The notes beneath the pieces were generated by a model. The model did not search any database, was not told where the DNA came from, and saw nothing but the letters and a program-made list of their open reading frames with translations. A stretch of DNA of 64,000 nt, taken from positions 398,823-462,822 of the forward strand of contig CP066690.1 of NCBI GenBank assembly GCA_016432465.1. The letters are read 5' to 3'. The stretch is from Candidatus Sungiibacteriota bacterium. GTDB lineage: Bacteria > Patescibacteriota > Minisyncoccia > Sungbacterales > HO2-52-23. Positions 29,003-38,864 of this stretch are shown piece by piece (the first letter of the stretch is position 1; each line of letters starts with the position of its first letter). The position numbers and the translations under genes are program-made.

Positions 29003-29806
29003 ATGCGCATTGTTGAACCTAGAGTATTTCTAGTGGGAGAAACACGACTGATTGATGAAGAATTCAACGCGTATCTTGAGCACGTCGGCGCACCCGAGTG
29101 GCGTTCAATAAAATCGCAACAGTGTCCTGACGCGCCAACCGACATAGAAAAAATGCCCGAGATAATGGGCCGCCTCTGCTACCGAAGCTGGAAGCCCAAG
29201 CTTAACCCCAATGTTACCCGAGTGCGCGAGGGCAATGACGAGTACTTAAATAATATCCTTAAATCGGCCCACGGTTCGGTTCTGGAGCATAGCTTCATTA
29301 ACTTCATCTTTGCCAACGTGAGCCGCGTCTTCACTCACGAACTGGTGCGCCATCGAGTGGGGGTGGCCATATCGCAGGAAAGTCTTAGGTTTGTCCGCCT
29401 TGATAACCTTGGCTTCTGGCCGCCTTTGGTGCTTCGCGAGTATGCCGATGCCATAGACATTATGATGAAAACAGTGGGGGAGCTGGAAAAAGTGCAGGTT
29501 GAACTGGCTAAAATTCTGAAACTTGACGAACTAACCAAATTTGAACAAAAAAAGAAGCTGACCTCGGCCATGCGCCGCGTTGCCAACATTGGCCTTGCCA
29601 CCACCATTGGCTGGTCAGCCAACATTCGCACCCTGCGGCACGTGATTGAAATGAGAACAAATCCCGGAGCCGAAGAGGAAATCAGACTAGTATTTGGTCT
29701 GGTGGCGGAAAAACTTAAATCCCGCTACCCCAATCTTTTTGGGGACTACACCGTAGAAGTAATTGATGGCTTGCCATGGTATAAAACAGAGTATCGCAAA
29801 GTGTAA
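29003..29806 (+). CDS. thyX: FAD-dependent thymidylate synthase ThyX
   Basis: ThyX signature ELVRHRVGVAISQESLRF (RHRx7S). Confidence 0.85.
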   Translation: MRIVEPRVFLVGETRLIDEEFNAYLEHVGAPEWRSIKSQQCPDAPTDIEKMPEIMGRLCYRSWKPKLNPNVTRVREGNDEYLNNILKSAHGSVLEHSFINFIFANVSRVFTHELVRHRVGVAISQESLRFVRLDNLGFWPPLVLREYADAIDIMMKTVGELEKVQVELAKILKLDELTKFEQKKKLTSAMRRVANIGLATTIGWSANIRTLRHVIEMRTNPGAEEEIRLVFGLVAEKLKSRYPNLFGDYTVEVIDGLPWYKTEYRKV

Positions 29807-29943
29807 TCTGGCCACCGGCCAGATTTTTTTACAACTAACCCCCCCCCGCGATCGTGGCCGAGAGCTTAATCAAATATCTGTTGACAAAAAACAAGGGGGA
29901 GGCTAACATCAATTCAGTTATTTAAATATGCTGGGGGAAGCTC

Positions 29944-30633
29944 ATGCCTTACGTTCCAAGCGAAAAAACATCTCCGCCCGCAGACGATAGAAAAACCCTT
30001 GATCCGGCTATTGAAGCCGTTGCGCAAGAAGCCGCAGAGACAATTACGAATAATCTTTCCTTAATTCGGGTGTATAAAAATATATTCCTTTCGGTGGCTA
30101 GACTTTTGCGCGGTTTGCTTATAGACGGCCATCTCTCAACTGCTCCTGATGCCGAAGTTAAACTGGCGCAGGCCATATACGAAGTGGGTAAAAAATATGG
30201 TTATGAGGGCGCGCAGCTTGGCGAATTGAACTATTCTATTACACGATTTATTCAACGCGTTCCGCAAATCCTGGTAGAGATGGGCAGGTGGAAAGAGAGC
30301 GATGAATTGCGCTATTGGTCCGATGCTTCAATGACAGAGGCTTTAATCTGCGCCGCAGATGTTACAAAAGAATGGGGACTTGGAATAGGCGGCGTATTTG
30401 AAGATATCAAAGATGAACATAAAGAGCGCGTAAATAAGGCCTATGAAATCGCGCAGATTTTAAAGAGCGGGGACTGCTACGACACGCCTTATTACTCCCG
30501 TATAGTGGAGGTGGTGGACGAAGACGGAAATTTGATAGGACATCTATATGTAGCACTTAAGCGCGGTGAATCAACGCTAAATGTTGATCTTTTGCCGTAT
30601 CAGTTCGTCTTGAGAAAAAAGCCGCTTGCTTAG
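29944..30633 (+). CDS. Hypothetical protein
   Basis: 229-aa ORF followed by terminator hairpin. Confidence 0.4.
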   Translation: MPYVPSEKTSPPADDRKTLDPAIEAVAQEAAETITNNLSLIRVYKNIFLSVARLLRGLLIDGHLSTAPDAEVKLAQAIYEVGKKYGYEGAQLGELNYSITRFIQRVPQILVEMGRWKESDELRYWSDASMTEALICAADVTKEWGLGIGGVFEDIKDEHKERVNKAYEIAQILKSGDCYDTPYYSRIVEVVDEDGNLIGHLYVALKRGESTLNVDLLPYQFVLRKKPLA

Positions 30634-30659
30634 AACACATCTTTTCCACAGATTTTGAA

Positions 30660-30688
30660 CACGCAACTAACACTTGCGTGCTTTTTTC
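30660..30688 (+). terminator. Rho-independent terminator
   Basis: cacgcaactaacacttgcgtg followed by cttttttc. Confidence 0.6.
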
Positions 30689-31044
30689 TATTTTTGTCTA
30701 AATTTTGGAGTAGCAACGAACAAAATTTAGTAACAAAAATGAGAACCCCGCCCCAGTTTTGCCACTAATTTCACGTTAAAAACCCGAGCATCATGTAACC
30801 ACGAATACTATTGCGACGTGCGGTGGCCGGATAGGCCCACCCTCGGTGCGCGAAGCCCCGTCACCAAAATTTCGATTGTTTCTTTGGCTGCCCCGAATAA
30901 GCTGGCGGGATAAAGTTAGAGAAGCAGTAGAGTGTTCTTCTCCGGTTGGAGGAAAACATAAGCAGCTATCGAAATTTGGTGCGGGGCGAAGCACGCCGCG
31001 ATGCACTGGTTGCAAAACTGGTGCGGGGTTGCTACATTTCAGAT

Positions 31045-31329
31045 ATGAACCCCGTTAGAAACCGAGTTTTGTGGTCTGTGTATCTTCTGTCCAGCAAGAA
31101 AACGGGGAGGTGGTATATTGGGTCTAGTAGAGACTTGCGAAAAAGAATTTTAAGTCATAACTTGGGAAATAGTATATCAACAAAACATGGGATTCAGTGG
31201 AAGTTAGTTTATTGTGAAATAGGACTAAATAAAAACGATGCCCGTGCGAGGGAGAAATATCTCAAGTCCGGAATGGGCAGAAGATATTTAAAAAATCGTT
31301 TAAAATTCTTTTTCGCACAAGGTTTCTAA
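31045..31329 (+). CDS. GIY-YIG nuclease family protein (second copy)
   Basis: WSVYLLSSKKTGRWYIGSSRDLRKRILSHN is a GIY-YIG motif. The ORF track extends to 30946, but the ATG at 31045 gives a size like the first copy. Confidence 0.65.
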   Translation: MNPVRNRVLWSVYLLSSKKTGRWYIGSSRDLRKRILSHNLGNSISTKHGIQWKLVYCEIGLNKNDARAREKYLKSGMGRRYLKNRLKFFFAQGF

Positions 31330-31333
31330 CGGA

Positions 31334-31759
31334 GTGAAATCTGTAGTCATTTGCGGCTCACAACGCTATAAAAATGAGATTAAAAATTTCGCGGAGCGTC
31401 TCCGCAAACTCGGAGTTCCGGTTGTTTTTGAACCCAACTTTGAACGCCAGCGCAAGAAAATGCTCACCAAAGTAGAGTCAGAACGCCTTAAATCCAAGTC
31501 CTACCGCGACCGGGTGCCAGCCATGGTGCATGAGCATTTTGACCGCATCCGCAAAGCCGATGTCTGCTACGTTTATAATAAAGAGGGTTACCTTGGGGTA
31601 AACACCACGCTGGAACTTGGTTTTGCCCACGGCAAAAACATGGTGATTTATGCGCTGGAGCCGGAGAAGCCCATTGAACATGGTGGCGAGATTTGCCGCG
31701 ACATTCTATTTACCGAAATCATTGACAAACCGGACGAGCTTGTGAAAAGATTGATATAG
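31334..31759 (+). CDS. Nucleoside 2-deoxyribosyltransferase-like / dNMP N-glycosidase-like protein
   Basis: MKSVVICGSQRY...YLGVNTTLELGFAHGKNMVIYALEP resembles the Rossmann-like Nuc_deoxyrib_tr fold. A paralog lies at 33573. Confidence 0.45.
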   Translation: MKSVVICGSQRYKNEIKNFAERLRKLGVPVVFEPNFERQRKKMLTKVESERLKSKSYRDRVPAMVHEHFDRIRKADVCYVYNKEGYLGVNTTLELGFAHGKNMVIYALEPEKPIEHGGEICRDILFTEIIDKPDELVKRLI

Positions 31760-31778
31760 CACTTGCCAGAGAAGTAAT

Positions 31779-32300
31779 ATGCCAAAAATCTGCGACAACA
31801 AAAGCGTGGGAATACTGGTTTGGAACAAGGGAGAACTCTTAATGATTGAGCGAAGAAAGTACAACTTCGGGTTCGCGATCCCGGCCGGACATCAGGACGG
31901 AGATGACCCCGAAACTATCGCGAAAAAAGAACTTTTTGAAGAAGTTGGGCTTAAGACCGGGGGACTGGAAAAAAAACTTGAAATCGGTCTTCCCAATCCC
32001 TGCAAAAGAGAAGGCGGCGCGCAGCACGATTGGACCGTATTTGAAGCCAACGGATGGACAGGCGAAATAAAACCGTCTCAGGACGAGACCAAAAGCTACT
32101 TCTGGGCCGATCGGAAAAGAATTATTGAGCTCGCCGAACGACTTCAGGAATTTGCTAAATCCCAAGGGATTTCTCTGTCACCGGACGGCCACGACTTGCC
32201 TCGTCTGGTTGAAGCCTCCAATACCGACCCTGCTTGGCGGGAAAACCCGGGGCTTGAACCGCCTATGTACTTCTTATTTAAAGAGCTGGGAATTCTTTAA
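31779..32300 (+). CDS. NUDIX hydrolase
   Basis: Nudix box GHQDGDDPETIAKKELFEEVGL (Gx5Ex7REuxEExGu). Confidence 0.75.
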   Translation: MPKICDNKSVGILVWNKGELLMIERRKYNFGFAIPAGHQDGDDPETIAKKELFEEVGLKTGGLEKKLEIGLPNPCKREGGAQHDWTVFEANGWTGEIKPSQDETKSYFWADRKRIIELAERLQEFAKSQGISLSPDGHDLPRLVEASNTDPAWRENPGLEPPMYFLFKELGIL

Positions 32301-32356
32301 TCCCGCGCAAGCGGGATTTGCGTTTTATGAGGATCCGTGATATAGTTATATAATAA

Positions 32357-32740
32357 ATGCCTGTGGGGGTTGAGATGAAGGGTTGGAAAATACACACAAG
32401 TCCGGCTTTGATAACCATAGACGAAGACGAACTTCATTCTCTTCGCTATATCTTACTCTTTTGCAGAGAAAAATTTCTTTCCTGCTTCCTGAAAGACAAA
32501 GAACACAAAGAAGCAGAACTTCTTTTGTGGGATCTCCCGTTAATCCTTAGGGAAAGTTTTATTCCAAAGATAATGCCCTTGGCGGCCAGACTCTACCTTA
32601 CCCTTGCTACTCTGGGAATTTCCGCAATTAAACGCCGACAAACGCCGGAGTGCCAACACTGCGGCCGCGATAAAAATTGGCACATTGAATCACTAAAGAA
32701 AGTAATTGCCAACCTCAATCCCGTTTATAATAAAAACTAA
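32357..32740 (+). CDS. Hypothetical protein
   Basis: 127-aa ORF. Confidence 0.35.
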   Translation: MPVGVEMKGWKIHTSPALITIDEDELHSLRYILLFCREKFLSCFLKDKEHKEAELLLWDLPLILRESFIPKIMPLAARLYLTLATLGISAIKRRQTPECQHCGRDKNWHIESLKKVIANLNPVYNKN

Positions 32741-32766
32741 GACCCGCTGATGCGGGTCTTCTGAAT

Positions 32767-33504
32767 TTAAGGACGTCTGCTGCCGGGGACGTCAAAGCCA
32801 AGATGCGGCGAAAGAAGCTTGGGGCGTATACGGTCAATCAGCTGCAGGGCTCGCCACAAAACCCCCAAGGCATCAAGCTCTGTGGTGTCAATTACAACAT
32901 CAAAGTTGTCTGGAGCAAGGTGGTTTTTCAGACCATACAAACCGTCATAACGCCCCTGCTCAACCAAAACCCTTTTCTCCGTATCTTCCAAGATAGACTC
33001 GGTTGTTTTCCCTGAATTTTCTGCCCGTTCCAGCTGACGCAGCGCACCAACTTGGGGGTCAACCACGCAGCAGATGTTTATAAAAATCTTGTCTAGTGCC
33101 CGGCCTTCCTCGTGTAATTTTTTTGCTAAAAACCAAGCAATTCTTCCTTCGTGTACTCCACAATCCTTTTTCTCAAGAAACTCCATCTGCACCCAATCAA
33201 CCAACCGATCAAGTTCTGGGGGAAACTCCGCATAAGCCTGGGTTAACCTAGGCTGGGGGTTTATCAACCCAGACTCCATGGCCCTTGTTACTTCCTGTGG
33301 CGGCATAGCCAAAACCATTTCACGCCCCACCTCCTCAATTTTTGCCGTAAGCCAACGAATTACTCCACCGGAGTAATAGGGCGGGGGCCAATTAAGTTTT
33401 TTTGCTAGCTTTTTGCCAAACGTGGTAGAGCCAGATCCCGGAAAACCTGTTACCGTAATGCCTAAACGCTGCATGTAAACCCCGTAGCTTTGGTGCTGCC
33501 CCAA
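32767..33504 (-). CDS. P-loop nucleotide kinase-like protein (cytidylate-kinase-like N-terminus)
   Basis: ITVTGFPGSGSTTFGKKLAKKL is a Walker A motif. Confidence 0.5.
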   Translation of the reverse strand: MGQHQSYGVYMQRLGITVTGFPGSGSTTFGKKLAKKLNWPPPYYSGGVIRWLTAKIEEVGREMVLAMPPQEVTRAMESGLINPQPRLTQAYAEFPPELDRLVDWVQMEFLEKKDCGVHEGRIAWFLAKKLHEEGRALDKIFINICCVVDPQVGALRQLERAENSGKTTESILEDTEKRVLVEQGRYDGLYGLKNHLAPDNFDVVIDTTELDALGVLWRALQLIDRIRPKLLSPHLGFDVPGSRRP

Positions 33505-33572
33505 GCATCCTCTAACTTCTGTGCTAAGTCAATATTTTGTTTTTCCAAAAAATCTGGTATGTTTATGGTGCC

Positions 33573-34031
33573 ATGAAATCCGTAGTCTTTTGCTCAAGTC
33601 AAAGGTTCAAAAAAGACATGGAAGAGTTCGTTGCCGAACTTAAACGCTTAGCCAAGGAGCGAGATGCCCACGTTGTTGTTTTTGATCCGGAATTTGAAGA
33701 TCATCCGCACGAATTCAGAAACCAGCACGAAAAAGACAGATTACAAAACCCCATGTACCGCGCCACGGTTGCCGGCAAGGTTTATGATCATCTTTTCCGT
33801 AAAGTACGCGTGGCTGATGTTTGTTTTATCTTCAATAAAAATGGATACATCGGGGCCAACACCTCGGGGGAACTTTTTGCCGCAGCGGCTTTGGGTAAAA
33901 CCATCTATGCTCTAGACGATCGAACACTCATGGGTTCTTACCCGCATGATCTTTACGAGGAGCCCTCGCCCCGGAAATTAGTCCACGAGGTGATACCAAC
34001 CCCGGAAGAATTGCTGAAAAGGTTGTTATGA
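33573..34031 (+). CDS. Nucleoside 2-deoxyribosyltransferase-like paralog
   Basis: MKSVVFCSSQRFK...YIGANTSGELFAAAALGKTIYAL parallels the protein at 31334. Confidence 0.45.
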   Translation: MKSVVFCSSQRFKKDMEEFVAELKRLAKERDAHVVVFDPEFEDHPHEFRNQHEKDRLQNPMYRATVAGKVYDHLFRKVRVADVCFIFNKNGYIGANTSGELFAAAALGKTIYALDDRTLMGSYPHDLYEEPSPRKLVHEVIPTPEELLKRLL

Positions 34032-35233
34032 AAAGAATACTAGCCATAGAAACAAGCTGTGACGAAACCGCAATAGCCATTGCGGAATTTTTTGGCCCAA
34101 AAAGAAAACCGCAAATCAGAGTTCTTTCCAACATCATCTCCTCACAGGTAAAAATCCATGAAAAATTTGGAGGAGTGGTGCCGAACTTGGCCAAAAGAGA
34201 ACACCAGCGCAGTCTCGTACCAACTTTATTGCAGGCACTATCTGAAGCCGGGCGAAAAGATTTACGATTTAAGATTTACGATTTAAGAAAAACGCCAAAA
34301 CAGAAAATTCCTAAATCTAAAGTCTTAAATCTTAAATCTGTGCTGGCGCGCGAGCCGGAGCTTTTTAAACAATTCAATAAACGAATCGTGCCTCTCGTGT
34401 CCCCCAAGATAGACGCCATTGCCGTAACCTACGGGCCGGGGCTTGCGCCGGCCTTGTGGGTGGGCGTGAATTTCGCGCGGGCGCTTGCGTATCTTTGGGG
34501 CAAACCCCTGATTCCGGTCAATCACATGGCCGGCCATCTCTACTCCGCTTTTTTGCAAAAAAGCGGCGGCCTACAAGCTATCAAATTTCCCGCGCTCGCT
34601 CTGCTGGTCAGCGGCGGACACACCGAATTGGTACTTGTGGGGGGCGGCGGAAAATTTAAAATTCTTGGCGAGACATTGGACGATGCGGCTGGCGAGGCAT
34701 TTGATAAAGTTGCGAGACTTCTTGGGTTAGGGTATCCGGGGGGACCCGAAATTTCTCGGCTTGCCGATCGATTGAAGTCCGACTTCGACGGTTTTGAAGT
34801 CGGACTTCAGCGTATTAAACTGCCGCGGCCCATGACAAACTCAAAAGATTATAATTTTTCCTTTTCAGGATTGAAAACTGCGGTGTTTTACCTCGTGCGG
34901 GATTTGGGTGTAAAACGCGCGAAGAAACTCCGTCCTTTTATTGCCAAAGAATTTCAAGACGCTGTAGTGGATGTCCTCGTCAAAAAAACCATACGTGCCG
35001 CCAAAGAATATAAAGCAAAAACGGTGCTCTTGGGCGGCGGCGTTGCGGCAAACAAGCTTTTGCGCAGGAGACTTATCCGAACTGTAGCCCGCGAACTGTC
35101 AAACACCGAGTGTTTGACAGTGCCGCTTGGACTCTCGGGTGATAATGCCTTGATTATCGCTCTCGCCGCGTTTTTCGCCGGAAAGAAAAAAGCCCCGAGC
35201 AAAATCGGAGCTGATGCGAACGCCAAACTTTAA
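34028..35233 (+). CDS. tsaD: tRNA N6-adenosine threonylcarbamoyltransferase TsaD
   Basis: MKRILAIETSCDETAIAIAE plus HMAGH and the ASKH-fold layout. The 401-aa protein carries an internal low-complexity insertion. Confidence 0.85.
   Translation: MKRILAIETSCDETAIAIAEFFGPKRKPQIRVLSNIISSQVKIHEKFGGVVPNLAKREHQRSLVPTLLQALSEAGRKDLRFKIYDLRKTPKQKIPKSKVLNLKSVLAREPELFKQFNKRIVPLVSPKIDAIAVTYGPGLAPALWVGVNFARALAYLWGKPLIPVNHMAGHLYSAFLQKSGGLQAIKFPALALLVSGGHTELVLVGGGGKFKILGETLDDAAGEAFDKVARLLGLGYPGGPEISRLADRLKSDFDGFEVGLQRIKLPRPMTNSKDYNFSFSGLKTAVFYLVRDLGVKRAKKLRPFIAKEFQDAVVDVLVKKTIRAAKEYKAKTVLLGGGVAANKLLRRRLIRTVARELSNTECLTVPLGLSGDNALIIALAAFFAGKKKAPSKIGADANAKL
34257..34340 (+). repeat. Short direct and inverted repeats inside tsaD
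   Basis: gatttacgatttaa occurs twice, with inverted partners ctaaatctaaagtcttaaatcttaaatc. The region encodes DLRFKIYDLRK...KSKVLNLKS. Confidence 0.55.
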
Positions 35234-36780
35234 ACCCTTGCTGAAAGCCCTTGGGCCAGCTTAATTTCTTGCCCGTAATTTACGGTAAACGCGGTTTCGT
35301 GGCAGAGATAGTTAAAGAGCCACGCTGCTGAAGGCATGCCGGTGCCGGAACGACGCATTCCACCAAAGGGCAAATGAACTTCTGCGCCAATAGAGGGCAG
35401 ATTTACATACTTCAGACCGGCCCTACCCCTAATCTTAAACTCGCGCATCTTACGAAAGTCATTTGTAATCAGGGCCATGGAAAGGCCATATTCGTGATCA
35501 TTGGCAACATGCAATGCCTCATCAAAATCACGTACTGGTACAATCACCACGTTGGGCGTGAAAAATTCCTCGCGTAAAGCAAACGTAGTGGGCCGATACT
35601 GCATACGAAAAACATTGGGCAGAACATAAAGGCCGTGTCGTCCTCCCACGTAAGAAGTAAGACGTTCCGCTCCGTCAGCCAGTATTGTCCGTTCGCAGTC
35701 AAAATATTTTTCTACGGCCGCGTTATTAATCAGCGGACCGGCAAAGTTTTTGGGGTCAAACGGGTCACCAAAGCGTAACCTTTTTACCTTATCCAGAAAA
35801 AGTTGAGTAAATTCCGGCTCGATTGCTTCTTCTACAATAAGCATGTCCGCCGAAACACAACGCTGGTGGGCGGTCTTGAACGCCGAGAGAATAGAGGCGG
35901 CAACCGCAAGTTCTAAATCAGCATCTTTTAGTACGATGACCGAGTTTTTCCCGCCCATCTCACAAACGGCAAACTTATCAAAGTGCTCGGCGGTTTTCTT
36001 TTTTACCTCTGCGCCTACTGCATAAGAACCCGTAAAAAGCTGGCCCACCGTTCCGGGGTGCGATACAAGATAGCTCCCCACCTCTCCATCTCCGTGCACC
36101 AGATTAAGAACGCCCGGCGGCACTAAAGATGTATCTCTAATGGGTCCACGAGTTGCCTCATGAAAAAGCTCCACCAGACGCTGACCGCAAAGAGGCGTAT
36201 CTTCTGACGGCTTGAATACCACAGTATTCCCGGAAACCAGTGCCGGCCCGATCAGCCACGTCGGGATGGCAACAGGAAAATTCCACGGGGTGATTACTGT
36301 ACAAACACCGCGGGGACTAAGATAAGTTTCTGACTCCTTGTCGGGGATCTCCGAAGAAATTTTATGCCCTATAGGATGTCGGCCCCGACCTGCACAATAC
36401 TGCAGCATATGTATGGCCTCAACCACATCCGCACGTGCTTCATCAATATGTTTCCCGCTCTCGCGTGTTATCAGCTTTGCCAATCCTTCTTTATCTGCTT
36501 TCAAAAGCTGCACCCACTCATCAATGATTTCGGCACGCCTTACCCACGAGTAACGACGTGGATCACCCCAAATCGCCAGCGCGTCATTGGCAGCAGCAAC
36601 CGCAGAGTCAATCTCTTCTTTGGTAGCTTGCGGCGCATAACCAAGAACGGTCCCGGCTGCTGGTTCCCCAACTACAAAATCAGCGCGCATCGGACCCCAC
36701 ATACTGTTGATATAATTCCTGCCGTAAAGTACTTCCACCTTGTTCTCCTTTTCAAAGAGCGCACTTTGCGCCATAATCAA
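35230..36780 (-). CDS. Aldehyde dehydrogenase family protein
   Basis: 516 aa with an ALDH fold; the catalytic region includes [16 protein letters not shown]. Confidence 0.8.
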   Translation of the reverse strand: MIMAQSALFEKENKVEVLYGRNYINSMWGPMRADFVVGEPAAGTVLGYAPQATKEEIDSAVAAANDALAIWGDPRRYSWVRRAEIIDEWVQLLKADKEGLAKLITRESGKHIDEARADVVEAIHMLQYCAGRGRHPIGHKISSEIPDKESETYLSPRGVCTVITPWNFPVAIPTWLIGPALVSGNTVVFKPSEDTPLCGQRLVELFHEATRGPIRDTSLVPPGVLNLVHGDGEVGSYLVSHPGTVGQLFTGSYAVGAEVKKKTAEHFDKFAVCEMGGKNSVIVLKDADLELAVAASILSAFKTAHQRCVSADMLIVEEAIEPEFTQLFLDKVKRLRFGDPFDPKNFAGPLINNAAVEKYFDCERTILADGAERLTSYVGGRHGLYVLPNVFRMQYRPTTFALREEFFTPNVVIVPVRDFDEALHVANDHEYGLSMALITNDFRKMREFKIRGRAGLKYVNLPSIGAEVHLPFGGMRRSGTGMPSAAWLFNYLCHETAFTVNYGQEIKLAQGLSARV

Positions 36781-36800
36781 GTTAGCGACAAAATTTCGTT

Positions 36801-38864
36801 ATGTCAAGAGATCTTCCGACCCAATACAATCCAAAAGAAGTAGAGGAAAAAGTCTACCGGATGTGGGAAAAATCCGGATTTTTTGCGCCCGAGGCGCATC
36901 AGCCTCGGGCTGATAATCCGAACAGTAAAAAAACTTATGCCATCGCGCTCCCCCCGCCCAATATCACCGGCTCACTTCATCTGGGACATGCGCTGAACGC
37001 AACCATTCAGGATATCTTGATCCGCAAAAAACGGATGGAGGGATACAAAACCCTCTGGCTTCCGGGGACTGATCATGCGGGGATTGCCACCCAAAATGTG
37101 GTGGAGAAGGAACTCAAGAAGGGGGGTCTAACGCGCTACGATCTTGGGCGGGAAAAATTTTTAGAAAAAGTCTGGCAATGGAAAGAAAAATACGGGGATA
37201 TTATTTTGGGTCAGTTTAAAAAACTTGGCTGTTCTCTTGATTGGTCGCGTGCCCGCTTCACTATGGATAAGGAATATCAGAAAGCAGTAAAAACCGCCTT
37301 TCTTCATTACTACAAAAAGGGTTGGATTTATAGGGCCGAGCGCGTGGTAAATTGGTGCCCGCGTTGCGCGACCTCGCTCTCGGATCTGGAACTTGAGTAT
37401 CAAGAAATCAAAGGAACTCTTTACTATATAAATTACCCGCTGGCAAATGGCGGCGGGGTTATTACGGTGGCCACCACGCGGCCAGAAACCATGCTGGGAG
37501 ATACGGCAGTAGCCGTAAATCCCAATGACGCACGCTATAAAAAATTTATTGGTAAAGAGGTGGTGCTGCCGCTAAAAAACAGAAAAATACCCGTGGTAGC
37601 TGACAAGGCCGTAGACCCCAAGTTTGGCACTGGGGCCGTAAAAGTAACCCCGGCGCACGACTTGCTTGACGCCGAAATTGCCCAACGCCACAAACTTCCT
37701 GCGATTAAAGTAATCGGTATCAACGGACGGATGACCAAAGAGGCCGAGCCAATATGTATCGGCCTTACGGCAGGAGAGTGCAGAAAAAAAGTCGTAGAGG
37801 AACTCCGTACAAAAAACTTCCTTGAACGAGAGGAGCAATACACGCATAACGTCTCGGTGTGCTATCGCTGTTCCGCTAATATTGAGCCCCTTCCTTCACT
37901 CCAGTGGTTTTTGAAAATGGACAAGCTGTCCAAAACAGCAATCGGAGCGGTAAAATCTGGCAAAGTAAAATTTCATCCCAAACGCTGGGAAAAAGTGTAT
38001 CTTGATTGGTTAAAAAACGTCAGAGACTGGACTATTTCCCGCCAAATCTGGTGGGGACATAGAATACCGCTAAAGGGCACGGAGGATGTTCTAGACACCT
38101 GGTTTTCTTCCGCGCTTTGGCCGTTTGCGACTCTAGGCTGGCCCAAAAAAACCAAAGACCTCAAAACGTTTTACCCCACGCAGGTTCTCTCCACCGCACG
38201 TGACATAATAAACCTCTGGGTCAGCCGGATGATTTTTTCGGGCCTTGAGTTTACAAAAAAAGCTCCGTTTCAAGACGTAATAATACACGCCACCATTCTC
38301 ACCAAAGAAGGAAAACGGATGTCCAAGTCGCTCGGCACCGGCATAGACCCAATGGATTTGATTTCACGCTACGGCGCCGATGCGACCCGTTTTGGCTTAG
38401 TCTGGCAAGCTATGGGTGGACAAGATATTCATTGGTCGGAAGAGCATGTGATGGCCGGTAAAAAATTTGCGAACAAACTTTGGAACATAACCCGCTTTGT
38501 GTTGTTAAAAACTAACGGGGAAATAACGGTGCCCTCCAAGGTTTCACCCCAAAGCACAGAAAGTAAAAAGATTGTCTTAAAATTGAAAAAGGTTTCAGTT
38601 TCGGTTAGTACACTTATTGATCGCTATGAGTTCGGGCCGGCCCTGCATGAACTTTATGATTTTGTCTGGCACGATTTTGCCGATAAATATATTGAGTATT
38701 CAAAAAACAAAGACAACCCGGAAACAAAACAAGTCCTTTGTTATGTTTTGATAACCACCCTTAAGCTTTTGCACCCCCTTATGCCCCTTGTCACCGAAGG
38801 CCTGTGGGGAAATCTGCCTATAAAAGGTAAAAAATTATTAATTATTGAGTCATGGCCGCGGTAA
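36801..38864 (+). CDS. valS: Valine--tRNA ligase (short form)
   Basis: PPPNITGSLHLGHALN (HIGH) and GKRMSKSLGT (KMSKS). At 687 aa it lacks the long C-terminal coiled coil. Confidence 0.8.
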   Translation: MSRDLPTQYNPKEVEEKVYRMWEKSGFFAPEAHQPRADNPNSKKTYAIALPPPNITGSLHLGHALNATIQDILIRKKRMEGYKTLWLPGTDHAGIATQNVVEKELKKGGLTRYDLGREKFLEKVWQWKEKYGDIILGQFKKLGCSLDWSRARFTMDKEYQKAVKTAFLHYYKKGWIYRAERVVNWCPRCATSLSDLELEYQEIKGTLYYINYPLANGGGVITVATTRPETMLGDTAVAVNPNDARYKKFIGKEVVLPLKNRKIPVVADKAVDPKFGTGAVKVTPAHDLLDAEIAQRHKLPAIKVIGINGRMTKEAEPICIGLTAGECRKKVVEELRTKNFLEREEQYTHNVSVCYRCSANIEPLPSLQWFLKMDKLSKTAIGAVKSGKVKFHPKRWEKVYLDWLKNVRDWTISRQIWWGHRIPLKGTEDVLDTWFSSALWPFATLGWPKKTKDLKTFYPTQVLSTARDIINLWVSRMIFSGLEFTKKAPFQDVIIHATILTKEGKRMSKSLGTGIDPMDLISRYGADATRFGLVWQAMGGQDIHWSEEHVMAGKKFANKLWNITRFVLLKTNGEITVPSKVSPQSTESKKIVLKLKKVSVSVSTLIDRYEFGPALHELYDFVWHDFADKYIEYSKNKDNPETKQVLCYVLITTLKLLHPLMPLVTEGLWGNLPIKGKKLLIIESWPR

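Noticed and set aside
30790-31044. tmRNA, RNase P RNA or SRP RNA in the structured region before the second GIY-YIG gene
   Set aside because: None of the conserved cores is present. The SRP domain IV motif, the RNase P P4/CR regions and the tmRNA tRNA-like end with resume codon are all absent.
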